Shown here: piece after piece, positions 24,867 through 36,330 of the stretch | How the letters are laid out: every line of letters starts with the position of its first letter | How positions within the stretch are numbered: the first letter of the stretch is position 1 | Origin: Anaeramoeba ignava BMAN | Taxonomy: Eukaryota > Protista > Anaeramoebae | NCBI GenBank assembly: GCA_028826165.1 | Contig: JAPDFW010000065.1 | Coordinates: forward strand, 372,001 to 436,000 | DNA length: 64,000 nucleotides | Direction of reading: 5' to 3' | The notes under the pieces: generated by a model | Told to the model about the DNA's origin: nothing | The model's database searches: none | The model's input: only the letters and a program-made list of their open reading frames with translations | Translations under genes and position numbers: made by a program

Positions 24867-25349
24867 TCATTTCAATTCAACATTTTCATTTTTTTGGATA
24901 GAATTACTATAAATGACTTCAAGAGAATGAAAAGTAATTTCATTAAAATTATCAATTTTCTGAACATTAAGAGGAGAAAATATTTTGATTTTGAGGATTA
25001 ATTCTTGCAAAAACTTTAACATAATCACCAGCTTGAACTTTTTGGAAAATTTTAACTCCAGAAAATAGTTTAATTTGAGTCATTCCAGTTCCATCATCAA
25101 GAACAAGAGTTGGTGTTGGTTCTTCATGGATTGATAAAATATGTGCTATAAAAAAAACTGGAATATTTACTTTCATATTTATTTCTTCATTTTGTTTCTT
25201 TTTATTGTTTCTTCTTTTATTTCTTCTTCTTTTATTTCTTCTTCTTTTATTTCTTTTATTTGTCTAATCATTATTGGTAAAAAAGTTTTTCTTTTGTTTG
25301 TTTTTTGTTGTTTTTGTTCTTCTGTTTTTATTGATGAAGTTTTTTCCAT
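24867..25349 (-). CDS. RPA2(RPA32)-like OB-fold protein, no winged-helix tail; two frameshifts
   Basis: FLPIMIRQI, LDDGTG, GDYVKVFA, and after a frameshift IDNFNEITFHSLEVIY, all typical of the RPA2 OB fold. Confidence 0.7.
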
Positions 25350-25444
25350 TTTTAATTTTGAATTTAAAAAATAAAAATGATTTAAAAAAAAATAATTAAA
25401 AAAAAAAATAAAAAAGGATTTTTTAACGTATTTTCTTTTTAAAA

Positions 25445-27096
25445 TTAAATAAAATAAGTTTCAAGTTCATCAACTGTCCAAGATGAATAAGAACCAGCTA
25501 AATAACTTTTTGCTTCACTTGTATTATGTTTTAATCCATTTGGAAGTTTATATGTTGCTCCAAAATCTGTTTGTCCAGATTGTAAATCACTAAAAATACG
25601 AATATCAGTATTATATTGACCTCTATTATCACCAAATCTTGGACCTTCACTTGAATCATAAAGAATTGCATAATCTTCACGATTTTCTTGAATTTCAAAT
25701 TTTTGAGGTAAATCATTTTTTGGATTTTTTAAACTGAAAATAAATGCATTTGAATCTTTAATATAATCTCCATCTGAACCTGAAATAAATCCAACTTGAG
25801 TAAAACCTCCAAAAATATAATTATCTGTTGTTTTGATAATAATTAATGTTTTTCCTTTATTATCACAAATTGAATGCCATTTATTTCCTGTAAATCCATC
25901 TTTTTTTGTTGAAAATCCTTTTTTCATTTTATAAAAGAATTCATCATCATTTATCCATTCTTTTAATCTCTTCATCATTTCAATTTCTTTGATAATTTCT
26001 GAATCTGAAAATGTTTTTTGTAACTTTTTAATCTCTTCATAAATTGGTTTCATTTCTTCATAAATTGGTTTCATTTGATTAATTTCTTGTTTTTGTTCTT
26101 CAATTTCTTTGTTTTTTTGATCAATTTCTTGTTTTTGTTCTTGAACTTCTTGTTTTTGTTTTTGAATTTCTTGTTTTTGTTTTTCATTTTCTTTGTTTTT
26201 TTGTTCAATTTCTTGATTTTTTTGATTAATTTCTTGTTTTTGTTTTTGTTTTTCAATTTTCTTGTTTTTGTTTTCAATTTTCTTGATTTTTGATTAATTT
26301 CTTGGTTTTGAATAAAAGTAAGAAATAATTTTGAATGAAATGATAATTTTTGGATTTTGTTTAAATCTTCTTTTTTGATGTTTTTATTTAGAATTATTTT
26401 TTCAAATTCTTTAATAATTTTCTTTTTTTCTTTTTTATTTTGAATTTGATTTTGGAAATTATTAATAATATTAAAAATTTCAATTCCAATTTCTTTTTGT
26501 TTTTCAATTATTTGATTAATTAATATTTGAATTTGTTTTTGATTTAATATTTGATTAATTTTTGTTTGATTTATTTTAGAAAGATTATTATTAATAAAAT
26601 TAAAACATTCTTTTTCTAATTTTATTGATTTAATTTTTCGATTTGATAATAAAATATTGAAAACATTTTCTTCATTAATAATTTTAATAATTTGATTTTC
26701 AATATAATTATAAAGTAAATTTAATTGGAATTTATTTGAAATTATTAATAAATCAATTAAATTTTCTTTTTTAATTTCAATTTGACTTGAATAAATATAT
26801 TTTAAAATTTGTTCCATATTTTCTTTTTTAAATTGAGGAAATTCAATTTGATTTATATTTTTTTCTTTTAAAAGAAGAGAAAAATAAGGAGAACGAGAAA
26901 TTAAAATTAATTTATGAGAATAAAATTCGAAAGAATCTTTTCCTGTTTTTATTATAAAATCTGATTCATTTTTATTTTGCATTAATTTTTGATAATCTTG
27001 AAATAATTTTTGATTAAAAATTTTATCATTTTCATTTTCAATTTGATTTTCATTTTCATTATCATTTTCAATTTCATTTTCAATTTCATTTTCCAT
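25445..27096 (-). CDS. BTB-coiled coil-TLDc protein (BTB B, TLDc beta); frameshift(s) in coiled-coil repeats
   Basis: ORFs 26071-27096 and 25445-26074; inverted paralogue of 9579-11214. Confidence 0.85.
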
Positions 27097-27250
27097 TTTT
27101 TTTGTTTATTAAAAAAGAAAAAAATGAATTTTTTAATTTTCCGAATTTTTATTTAATTTTTATTTTTAATTAGTTTTTTTAAAAATTGAATTAAATTTGA
27201 ATTGAAAAAAAAAGTTAAAATTAAAATTAAAATTTCAAATTTAAAATTAA

Positions 27251-28222
27251 TTAGTAACCATTAGTAGATAAATAAGAAGATAATTCATTCATAATTTCAA
27301 CTGATTTTGTTGATTTCATAGTTTCATCATAAAGACCAATTAAAACTGTTTGTTTTGTTTTAATACAAATTGCTCCTACTGGTCCTTTTTTTGCTGTAAT
27401 TATTGTAGATTCTGCTCTTGTTACTGAATATTTCATCCCATTGATATGAAGTCCTTCAGCAAGTAAATTTGGTAAATCTTCAAATGAATTGATTATTTTA
27501 GTTATTTCTCCGCTATCAATCTTTTCATTTCAAAATTTAAAATTAAAATTAAAATTAAAATTAAAATTAAAATTAAAATCAAAATTAAAATTAATATTAA
27601 AATTAAAATTAAAATTTAAAATTAAAATTAAAATTAAAATTAATATTAAAATTAAAATTAAAATTAAAATTAAAATTAAAATTAAAATTAAAATTAAAAA
27701 TTAAAAAAATTAAAATATTAAAAATTAAAATTAAAATTAAAATTAAAATTTAAAATTAAAATTAAAATTAAAATTAAAATTAAAATTAAAATTAAAATTA
27801 AAATTAAAATTAAAATTAAAATTAAAATTAAAATTAAAATTAAAATTAAAATTAAAATTAAAATTAAAATTAAAATTAAAATTAAAATTAAAATTAAAAT
27901 TAAAATTAAAATTAAAATTAAAATTAAAATTAAAATTAAAATATACTTTAAATCCTTTTGAAGAGGCAAGGATATCACCAGAATATCCTAAAATACAAGC
28001 TTGTGAAATCTATTAAAGAATTTATTTATTTATTTTTGTTTATTTTTTTGTTTAAATTTTATTAAAAATTCTTATGAATAAAATTTTTCATTCAATTTGC
28101 GTTAAAAAATTTGCTTTATTTTGGTTTTAAATTGGTTATTATTTTATTAATTAAAGATTAAATATTTTTACATGTCCAGAACCAATTAATTGTTCTTCTA
28201 TAAAAGAATCCCAATTTGACAT
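27251..28222 (-). CDS. Profilin; exons 28222-28172, 28009-27947, 27520-27251
   Basis: MSNWDSFIEEQLIGSGH|ISQACILG..ASSKGFK|..GLHINGMKY..KKGPVG..KTKQTVLIGLYDE..YLSTNGY; GT-AG introns in phase. Confidence 0.93.
27535..27942. repeat. (TAAAAT)n microsatellite in profilin intron 2
   Basis: Direct inspection. Confidence 0.95.
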
Positions 28223-28319
28223 TAAAAAACAAACTAAAAAAAAATTTAATTAAAAAAACAACAAAGAAAAAAAATGAAATTTTCTTTTTTTAAAAATTTT
28301 CAATTTAATTATTTTGCTT

Positions 28320-29797
28320 TTATTTATAATTTATTTTAAAATTAAATTTGAAAAAATAAGAAATACTTGATTAGAATTGATATTTTATTAATTAAAAATT
28401 TATATTTTGTTGAATAAAATATTTTATTAATTTTATATTAAAATTTAAATAAATATTTATTAATAATTTATTTATAATTTATTTTAAATTAATTTGAAAA
28501 AAAGAAATACTTAATTAGAATTTATAATTTATTAATTAAAAATTTATATTTTGTTGAATAAAATATTTTATTAATTTTATATTAAAATTTAAGTAAATAT
28601 TTATTAATAATTTATTTATAATTTATTTTAAATTAATTTGAAAAAGAAATATTTGATTAGAATTGATAATTTTATTAATTAAAAATTTATATTTTGTTAA
28701 ATAAAATATTTTATTAATTTTATATTAAAATTTAAATAAATATTTATTAATAATTTATTTATAATTTATTTCAAATTAAATTTGAAAAAGAAATACTTGA
28801 TTAGAATTTATAATTTATTAATTAAAAATTTATATTTTATTAAATAAAATATTTTATTAATTTTATATTAAAATTTAAATAAATATTTATTAATATTTTA
28901 TTTATAATTTATTTTAAATTAAATTTGAAAAAGAAATACTTGATTAGAATTGATAATTTATTAATTAAAAATTGATATTTTGTTGAATAAAATATTTTAT
29001 TAATTTTATATTAAAATTTAAATAAATATTTATTAATAATTTATTAATAATTTATTTTAAAATAATTTGAAAAAGAAATATTTGATTATAATTGATATTT
29101 TATTAATTAAAAATTTATATTTTGTTGAATAAAATATTTTATTAGTTTTATATTAAAAATTTAAATAAATATTTATTAATAATTTATTTATAATTTATTT
29201 TAAATTAATTTGAAAATAAAAATATTTGATTAAAATTGATAATTTATTAATTAAAAATTTATATTTTATTAATAAAAAAATTTATTTAATTATTTTTTAA
29301 TTTATTTATAATTTATTTTAAATTAATTTGAAAAATAAAAATATTTGATTAAAATTTATAATTTATTAATTAAAAATTTATATTTTGTTAAATAAAATAT
29401 TTAATTAGTTTTATATTAAAATTTAAATAAATATTTATTAATAATTTATTTATAATTTATTTTTAATTGAAAAAAAAATTTACTTGATTTTATTGAATTA
29501 ATTAAAATTGATATTTTATTTAAATAAAAAATATTTTTAGTTTTTATATTAAAATTTAAATAAATATTTACTAATAATTTATTTATAATTTATTTTAAAA
29601 TAACTTGAAAAAAGAAATATTTGATTAGAATTGATAATTTATTAATTAAAAATTTATATTTTGTTAAATAAAATATTTAATTAGTTTTATATTAAAATTT
29701 AAGTAAATATTTATTAATAATTTATTTATAATTTATTTTAAAATTAATTTGAAAATAAGAAATACTTGATTATAATTGATAATTTATTAATTAAAAA
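28320..29797. repeat. Minisatellite D, ~143-bp unit, ~10 copies
   Basis: Anchor AAATA(C/T)TTGATT at 28361, 28505, 28647, 28791, 28934, 29076, 29220, ~29339, ~29478, 29615, 29760. Confidence 0.9.
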
Positions 29798-29824
29798 TGA
29801 AAAAAATTAACAAAAAAAATATTC

Positions 29825-31305
29825 TTAAATGAAACCACATTCAATTTCATCAACAACCCAGTTATTATAAGAACCAGCTAAATATCTTTTAGCTTCATTT
29901 GTTTTTGGTTCAATCCCATTAGGCAAATTATAAGTATAACCAAAATTAGAGTCACCAGGTTGTAAAATCAAATTTAAAGAAAAATCAGAATAATAACGAC
30001 CACCAAAAATTGGACCAAAACTTGAATAATCATAATAAATAGCAAAATTCTCTTTTCCTTTTTTAATTGGAAATTTCTCAGGTTTTCTATCATTATTATC
30101 ATTTCTTAATGAAAAAATAAATGCATTTGAATCTGGAATTGAACCTTCAGCATAATTTCTATCAATATCTCTCCATTTGGATTTATCAGTTGTAAATCCA
30201 ATTTGAGTAAAACCTCCAAAAATAAAATTATCTTTTGTTTTGATAATAATTAATGTTTTTCCCTTATTATCAACTTTATCATGCCATTTTTGAGAAGAAA
30301 ATCCATCTCTTTTTGCTGAAAATCCTAATTTCATTTTGGAAAAGAATTCATTATCATTTATCCATTCTTTTTAATTTTTGAAATTGTTTTCTTTCTTGAA
30401 TTATTGTTGATCTGAATCGTGATTGGAAAATTAATGTATTTTCTTTTTGAAGGAATTCTTCTATTTCTTTTTGATCATTTTCATTTTGAAGGTTTTGGAA
30501 TTGAACTAATTTTTGTGAAATTTGATTTGGAATTAAATCTTCTTTCAAAATATCTTCAATTTGTTGATCTGAAAAATCAATAAATCTGATTTTTTGAATA
30601 ATATTTGAAATTTGATCTTGTAATTTTTCTTTTTCTTGTTTTTCTAATTTTTTTGTTTGATTAATATTTGATTTATGTTTTCCCCATTTTATTATTGATT
30701 GGAAAATTTCAAATTCATTTGTTTGAATTTCATTATTTGATAAAATTGAATTTAAATGATTTTGTTCAAGTTCAAGAAAAAAAGGAGTTTTGATAAATTC
30801 ATCAAAATTATCAAAAATAAATTGATAAGAAAAATCAATTAATTGCTTAAAATTTATTGTTTCAGATAATTTAAGAAGATCAACAATAGTTTCAAATTCT
30901 AAATTATTTTTAATAAAGTTTAAACAAGTTTCAATTAATTCATCAATTAAATATTTTGAAGAAAACATTAAAATTTCAACTGCATTTTCTAAATTAATTT
31001 CAATTTTTCCTGAATAAAAATAATTCAAAATTGGAAATAGAATTGAACTTGAAAAATCTTTTAGAATTAATTTATTTTCTTGAAATTCTTTCATTTTTAG
31101 AATTGAAAAGTGATTTAAAATAATGACTTCTTGAAGAAAGAATTGATTTATGAGTTTTAAATGAAATTTTATTTTCTTCACAAATTATTTCAAAATCAAA
31201 ATAACTTTCTTCTTCTTTTTGATTTTGATTTTGATTTTGATTTTGATTTTGAAATAAATTTTTTAAATCATTTGAAAGTTTTTCTAAATTTAAATAATTT
31301 TCCAT
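29825..31305 (-). CDS. BTB-BACK-TLDc protein (BTB C, TLDc gamma); +1 frameshifts near 31095 and 30370
   Basis: Three overlapping ORFs colinear with paralogue 22891; extra A in two A-runs. Confidence 0.85.
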
Positions 31306-31382
31306 TTTTAAATAAAAAAATGAAAAAAGAAAAAATGAAAAAATTTTTCCAATTCATTTTTTTCTTTTCAATTTAATTTAAA
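31306..31382. promoter_or_regulatory. 77-bp bidirectional promoter with back-to-back TTCATTTT
   Basis: AAAATGAA at ~31318 and ~31333, TTCATTTT at ~31353. Confidence 0.55.
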
Positions 31383-33093
31383 ATGAATGGTAGATGGTGT
31401 AATATTGAAGGAAAATTTTTTAAAATTGAAGAAACTGAATGGAAAAAATGTAAAAAAAATGAAGATTATTTTCAAATTGATGGAATTCCACTTGTTGTTT
31501 CTTTAATTCCAATAAATACAGCAATTTTAAATCAAAAAAATACAGAAATTTGGGTTTCAAAATTTGGAGTTGAAAGAAATTTAATAGAATTTAATAAACT
31601 TATTAAATCAACACAAAAAAAAAATCTTCCAATGATTAATCATTTTAATGATACTTATGAAAATATAAAAATGAAAATGAAAATCAAAATCAAAATCAAA
31701 ATCAAAATCAAAATCAAAATCAAAATCAAAATCAAAATATAAATCAAAATATAAATATAAATCAAAATCAAAATCAAAATATAAATCAAAATCAAAATAT
31801 AAATAAAAATCAAAATCAAAATCAAAATCAAAATCAAAATCAAAATCAAAATGAAAATATAAATCAAAACCAAAATCAAAATGAAAATATAAATCAAAAT
31901 ATAAATCAAAATCAAAATCAAAATCAAAATATAAATATAAATCAAAATCAAAATCAAAATCAAAATGAAAATATAAATCAAAATCAAAATCAAAATGAAA
32001 ATCAAAATCAAAATATAAATATAAATCAAAATCAAAATCAAAATGAAAATATAAATCAAAATCAAAATCAAAATCAAAATGAAAATCAAAATCAAAATCA
32101 AAATCAAAATCAAAATCAAAATCAAAATCAAAATCAAAATCAAAATAAAAATGAAAATATAAATCAAAATCAAAATCAAAATCAAAATCAAAATCAAAAT
32201 ATAAATCAAAATGAAAATCAAAATCAAAATGAAAATCTAAATCAAAATCAAAATGAAAATATAAATCAAAATGAAAATGAAAATATAAATCAAAATCAAA
32301 ATATAAATCAAAATGAAAATATAAATCAAAATCAAAATCAAAATATAAATCAAAATCAAAATCAAAATGAAAATCAAAATCAAAATATAAATCAAAATCA
32401 AAATGAAAATGAAAATATAAATAAAAATGAAAATATAAACCAAAATGAAAATATAAATCAAATTCAAAATATAAATCAAAATGAAAATATAAATCAAAAT
32501 GAGAAAGAAAAAGAGAAAGAGAAAGAAAAAGAGGAAGAAAATTTAGATGAAACAGAAACATTAAAACAATTTGAATGCAATATCTGTTTTGGTATTGCTG
32601 AAACACCAACAGTTCTTCCCTGTAGTCATTTATTCTGTTATTCTTGCATAACACAATGGCTTCAAATCAAACAAGAATGCCCAGTTTGCAAAGAACCTTT
32701 TACAATTTCAAATATTATTCCAGTTTCAGGAAGAAATTATGAAAATACTTCAAATTTTCAAAGAAGATTTCTTCAAAGAAGACGCAGACATTCTCACAGA
32801 AATATTACCTCAAATACTGATAATCTTACTTTTAGTATTGGATTTGGAACTCTTCCTTCTTCAGTTGGAATTTTATTTGTAATTCATTTCAATCATTTTT
32901 TATTTTGTTTCTTTTTGAAATAATTTTTTTCACTCATTTTTTGTTTTTAAATTTTTATATTTTCTTTTTTTTTTTTTAGGATACAATTTCTTCAATTAAT
33001 CCTAGATTATCTCAACATCAAATCCATAAAATTTATTCAAGAATTTTAATTTTTATGACTTTGTTGATTTTTTTGACACTTTTGAGTCTTTAA
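31383..33093 (+). CDS. RNF5/RMA1-like RING E3 ligase with long poly-NQ tract and C-terminal TM; intron 32879-32979
   Basis: FECNICFGIAETPTVLPCSHLFCYSCITQWLQIKQECPVCK..IIPV (C3HC4); hydrophobic tail RILIFMTLLIFLTLLSL; frameshift near 31668 into the (AATCAA)n frame. Confidence 0.78.
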
Positions 33094-33179
33094 AAATTTG
33101 AAATTTTAAATTGGATTTTGAAAGATTAATTCTTTTTTTCTTTCTTTAATTTTCTTAAATAAATGGGAAATTTCATTTA

Positions 33180-34140
33180 AATTTCATTTTGATTTCATTT
33201 AAATTTGATTTTAAATTTGATTTTAAATTTAATTTTAAATTTGATTTTAAATTTAAATTTGATTTTAAATTTGATTTTAAATTTGATTTTAAATTTGATT
33301 TTAAATTTGATTTTAAATTTGATTTTGAATTTGATTTTAAATTTGATTTTAAATTTGATTTTGATTTTAAATTTAAATTTGATTTTAAATTTCTTTTAAA
33401 TTTAAATTTGATTTTAAATTTCTTTTAAATTTAAATTTGATTTTGATTTTAAATTTGATTTTAAATTTCTTTTGATTTGATTTTAAATTTGATTTTGAAT
33501 TTAAATTTGATTTTAAATTTCTTTTGAATTTCATTTAAATTTAAATTTGAATTTCTTTTAAATTTCATTTAAATTTAAATTTGATTTTAAATTTGATTTT
33601 AAATTTGATTTTAAATTTGATTTTGATTTTAAATTTGATTTTAAATTTGATTTTGAATTTGATTTTGAATTTGATTTTAAATTTGATTTAAATTTGATTT
33701 TAAATTTGATTTTAAATTTGATTTTAAATTTGATTTTAAATTTGATTTTAAATTTGATTTTAAATTTCATTTAAATTTAAATTTGATTTTAAATTTGATT
33801 TTAAATTTGATTTTGATTTTAAATTTGATTTTAAATTTGATTTTGATTTTAAATTTGATTTTAAATTTGATTTTAAATTTCTTTTTAAATTTGATTTTAA
33901 ATTTCTTTTTAAATTTGATTTTAAATTTGATTTTGATTTTAAATTTGATTTTAAATTTGATTTTAAATTTAAATTTGATTTTAAATTTAAATTTAATTTT
34001 AAATTTGATTTTAAATTTCTTTTTAAATTTGATTTTAAATTTGATTTTGATTTTGATTTTGAATTTCTTTTAAATTTGATTTTAAATTTCTTTTGAATTT
34101 GAATTCCTTTTGAATTTGAATTCCTTTTGAATTTGAATTC
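33180..34140. repeat. (TTTGATTTTAAA)n 12-mer/6-mer array between convergent genes
   Basis: Direct inspection. Confidence 0.92.
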
Positions 34141-34141
34141 C

Positions 34142-35806
34142 TTAAACAAAATATACTTCAAATATTTTGACTTCCCATCTTTTTAATGATCCTGCTAAAT
34201 AAGATTTTGAATCATTTGAGTTTGGTTTAATTTCATCACCAATTCCATAAGTATAACCAATATTTGTTACACCAGATTTTAGACTTGAATTAAAAACCAA
34301 ATCAGGAGTTATTTTTCCATTTCCACCAAAATAAGGACCTTTTTGAGCATTATAAAAAAGTGCATATTTTTCTTTCCCTGGAAGAATTGGAAATTGTTTA
34401 GGTTCTTTATCAGGGTTTTTAAGACTGAATAAAAAAGCTTTTGGATCTTCAATAAATTCATTGTTTTTATTGGATTGAAATCCAACGGTTGTATATGCTC
34501 CAAAAATATAATCGTCAGTGGTTCTAACTAAAATTAATGTTCTTCCTTTATCATTTACTTTCCCATAAAAATTTTCACTTGAAGAACTATCAAACTCCTT
34601 TAATGAAAATCCAAGGTTCATTGTAAACAAAAACTCATTATCATCAACCCATTTTTGAAGTTGTTGGTCTTCTTCTTCATTTTCAATAATTTCGGAAAGT
34701 AAAAACATTCTTGTTGATTTATAAGTTAAAATTTGAGCATCTTTAGCAAGGTCTTTTAATTTTTTAATTTCTCTCATACTTAATTGGATTTTTCCTTCTT
34801 TATTTTCAATTTCTTTTTTTTGATTATCTATTTCTATATCTTTGGCTTGAATCTCTTCGTTTTTGCTTTCAATTTTCTTGTTTTTTATTTCGTTATCATC
34901 TTTCTGTTTTTTTAAATTTTCATTTAATTTCCAAATTTGAAATTGTGTTATTTTCGACATGATTTTGTAGATAATTTCATCAGGAAGTTTTATAAATTTT
35001 TCTAAGTCTTTTTTGATTTCAAAATTTGATTTGAGATCTTTCACAGATGATTCTGGAAAATGAAATATTTCATTCAATAGTTTTTCGAAATCCTTTTCAT
35101 CATTTAGTTTTTCAAGTGGATTTCTTTCAATTTGATGTTGAGTCCAATTGAATAAAATTTGGATAATTTGAATGAAATATTGATTTTCTTCAATTATTTT
35201 TTTACTTAAATCTGTAATTTGTTGTTTTGATAATTCTAAAATATCTGGATTTTTTAGTATTTCTGCTGTTTTTTGATTCTGTTCATCAAAAACATTATTA
35301 TCGTCATCATCATCATCATAAATTCTTCTTTTGAATTTTGAATAAATAAAATTAATGCAAGAATCTTTGAGTTTTGAAGAACTAAATTTTTCACTTTCTT
35401 GGAGTATTTTGAAAGCATTTGTTTCATCAATAAATTCATCTAATTTTTTGACTATTCTTATTTTCAATGAATGAAGTTGGAAAATAGTTGAATATTTATA
35501 AATATCAAGAATATTTGAAGAATTAAATTCAATTTCATCAGTGTAAATAAAATTTAAAATTTGCTTCATAGTTTCTGAACTAATTTGAATTTTGATTTCG
35601 TTAATGTTTTTTTCTTTTAAATATTGATAGAAATAAACAGATCTTCCACTTAAAATTGATTTATGCGCTTTAAAATATCCATCTTTTGTGTGAATTGTAA
35701 AATCTGAAAAAATTTCTTTTTCAAAAATATTTCTTAAATTTTGTGTATAAATTTTTTTTTCTTCTTTTTCTTCTTTTTCTAATGTAATTTGATCGTTTTT
35801 ATCCAT
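34142..35806 (-). CDS. BTB-coiled coil-TLDc protein (BTB D, TLDc delta), intact 554 aa
   Basis: FSDFTI..FKAHKSILSGRSVYF; DKGRTLILVRT..IFGAYT..AFLFSL..GPYFG..FEVY. Confidence 0.92.
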   Translation of the reverse strand: MDKNDQITLEKEEKEEKKIYTQNLRNIFEKEIFSDFTIHTKDGYFKAHKSILSGRSVYFYQYLKEKNINEIKIQISSETMKQILNFIYTDEIEFNSSNILDIYKYSTIFQLHSLKIRIVKKLDEFIDETNAFKILQESEKFSSSKLKDSCINFIYSKFKRRIYDDDDDDNNVFDEQNQKTAEILKNPDILELSKQQITDLSKKIIEENQYFIQIIQILFNWTQHQIERNPLEKLNDEKDFEKLLNEIFHFPESSVKDLKSNFEIKKDLEKFIKLPDEIIYKIMSKITQFQIWKLNENLKKQKDDNEIKNKKIESKNEEIQAKDIEIDNQKKEIENKEGKIQLSMREIKKLKDLAKDAQILTYKSTRMFLLSEIIENEEEDQQLQKWVDDNEFLFTMNLGFSLKEFDSSSSENFYGKVNDKGRTLILVRTTDDYIFGAYTTVGFQSNKNNEFIEDPKAFLFSLKNPDKEPKQFPILPGKEKYALFYNAQKGPYFGGNGKITPDLVFNSSLKSGVTNIGYTYGIGDEIKPNSNDSKSYLAGSLKRWEVKIFEVYFV

Positions 35807-35967
35807 CTATTTTAATTAATAACAAATAAAAATTAATAAAATTAAAAAAAAAGGAAAAATATAAATAATAAAAATAAATAAACCTTATTAAAGAAAAAAT
35901 AAAAAGAAAAAAAATGAAAAAAATATTTTTCCTTTTTTTAATTAATTTTAAAAAAAAAAAAGAAGAA

Positions 35968-36328
35968 TTTGAATTTGAATTTTAATTGAATGAATTTGAA
36001 ATTGAATTTGAATTTGAATTTAAATTTGAATTTGAATTTGAATTTGAATTTTGAATTTGAATTTCTTCTTGATTTTGAAATTGAATTTGAATTTGAATTT
36101 GAATTTGGTTTTGAATTTCTTCTTGATTTTAAATTTTGAAATTGAATTTGAATTTGAATTTTGAAATTGAAATTGAAATTGAAATTGAATTTGAATTTCT
36201 TCTTGATTTTAAATTTGAATTTGAATTTGAATTTAAATTTGAAAATGATTTTAAATTTGAAATTGATTTGATTTTGAATTTGATTTAAATTTGAATTTGA
36301 ATTTGAATTTGAAATTGAATTTAAATTT
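35968..36328. repeat. (GAATTT)n hexamer array at the tandem-duplication junction
   Basis: Direct inspection. Confidence 0.85.
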
Positions 36329-36330
36329 CC

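Noticed and set aside
3730-25670. Diversity-generating retroelement as the source of TLDc variation
   Set aside because: No reverse transcriptase or template repeat in the window, and substitutions are not confined to adenines of one template
165-29797. Minisatellites as CRISPR arrays or transposons
   Set aside because: Whole units repeat with no unique spacers, cas genes, TIRs or transposase
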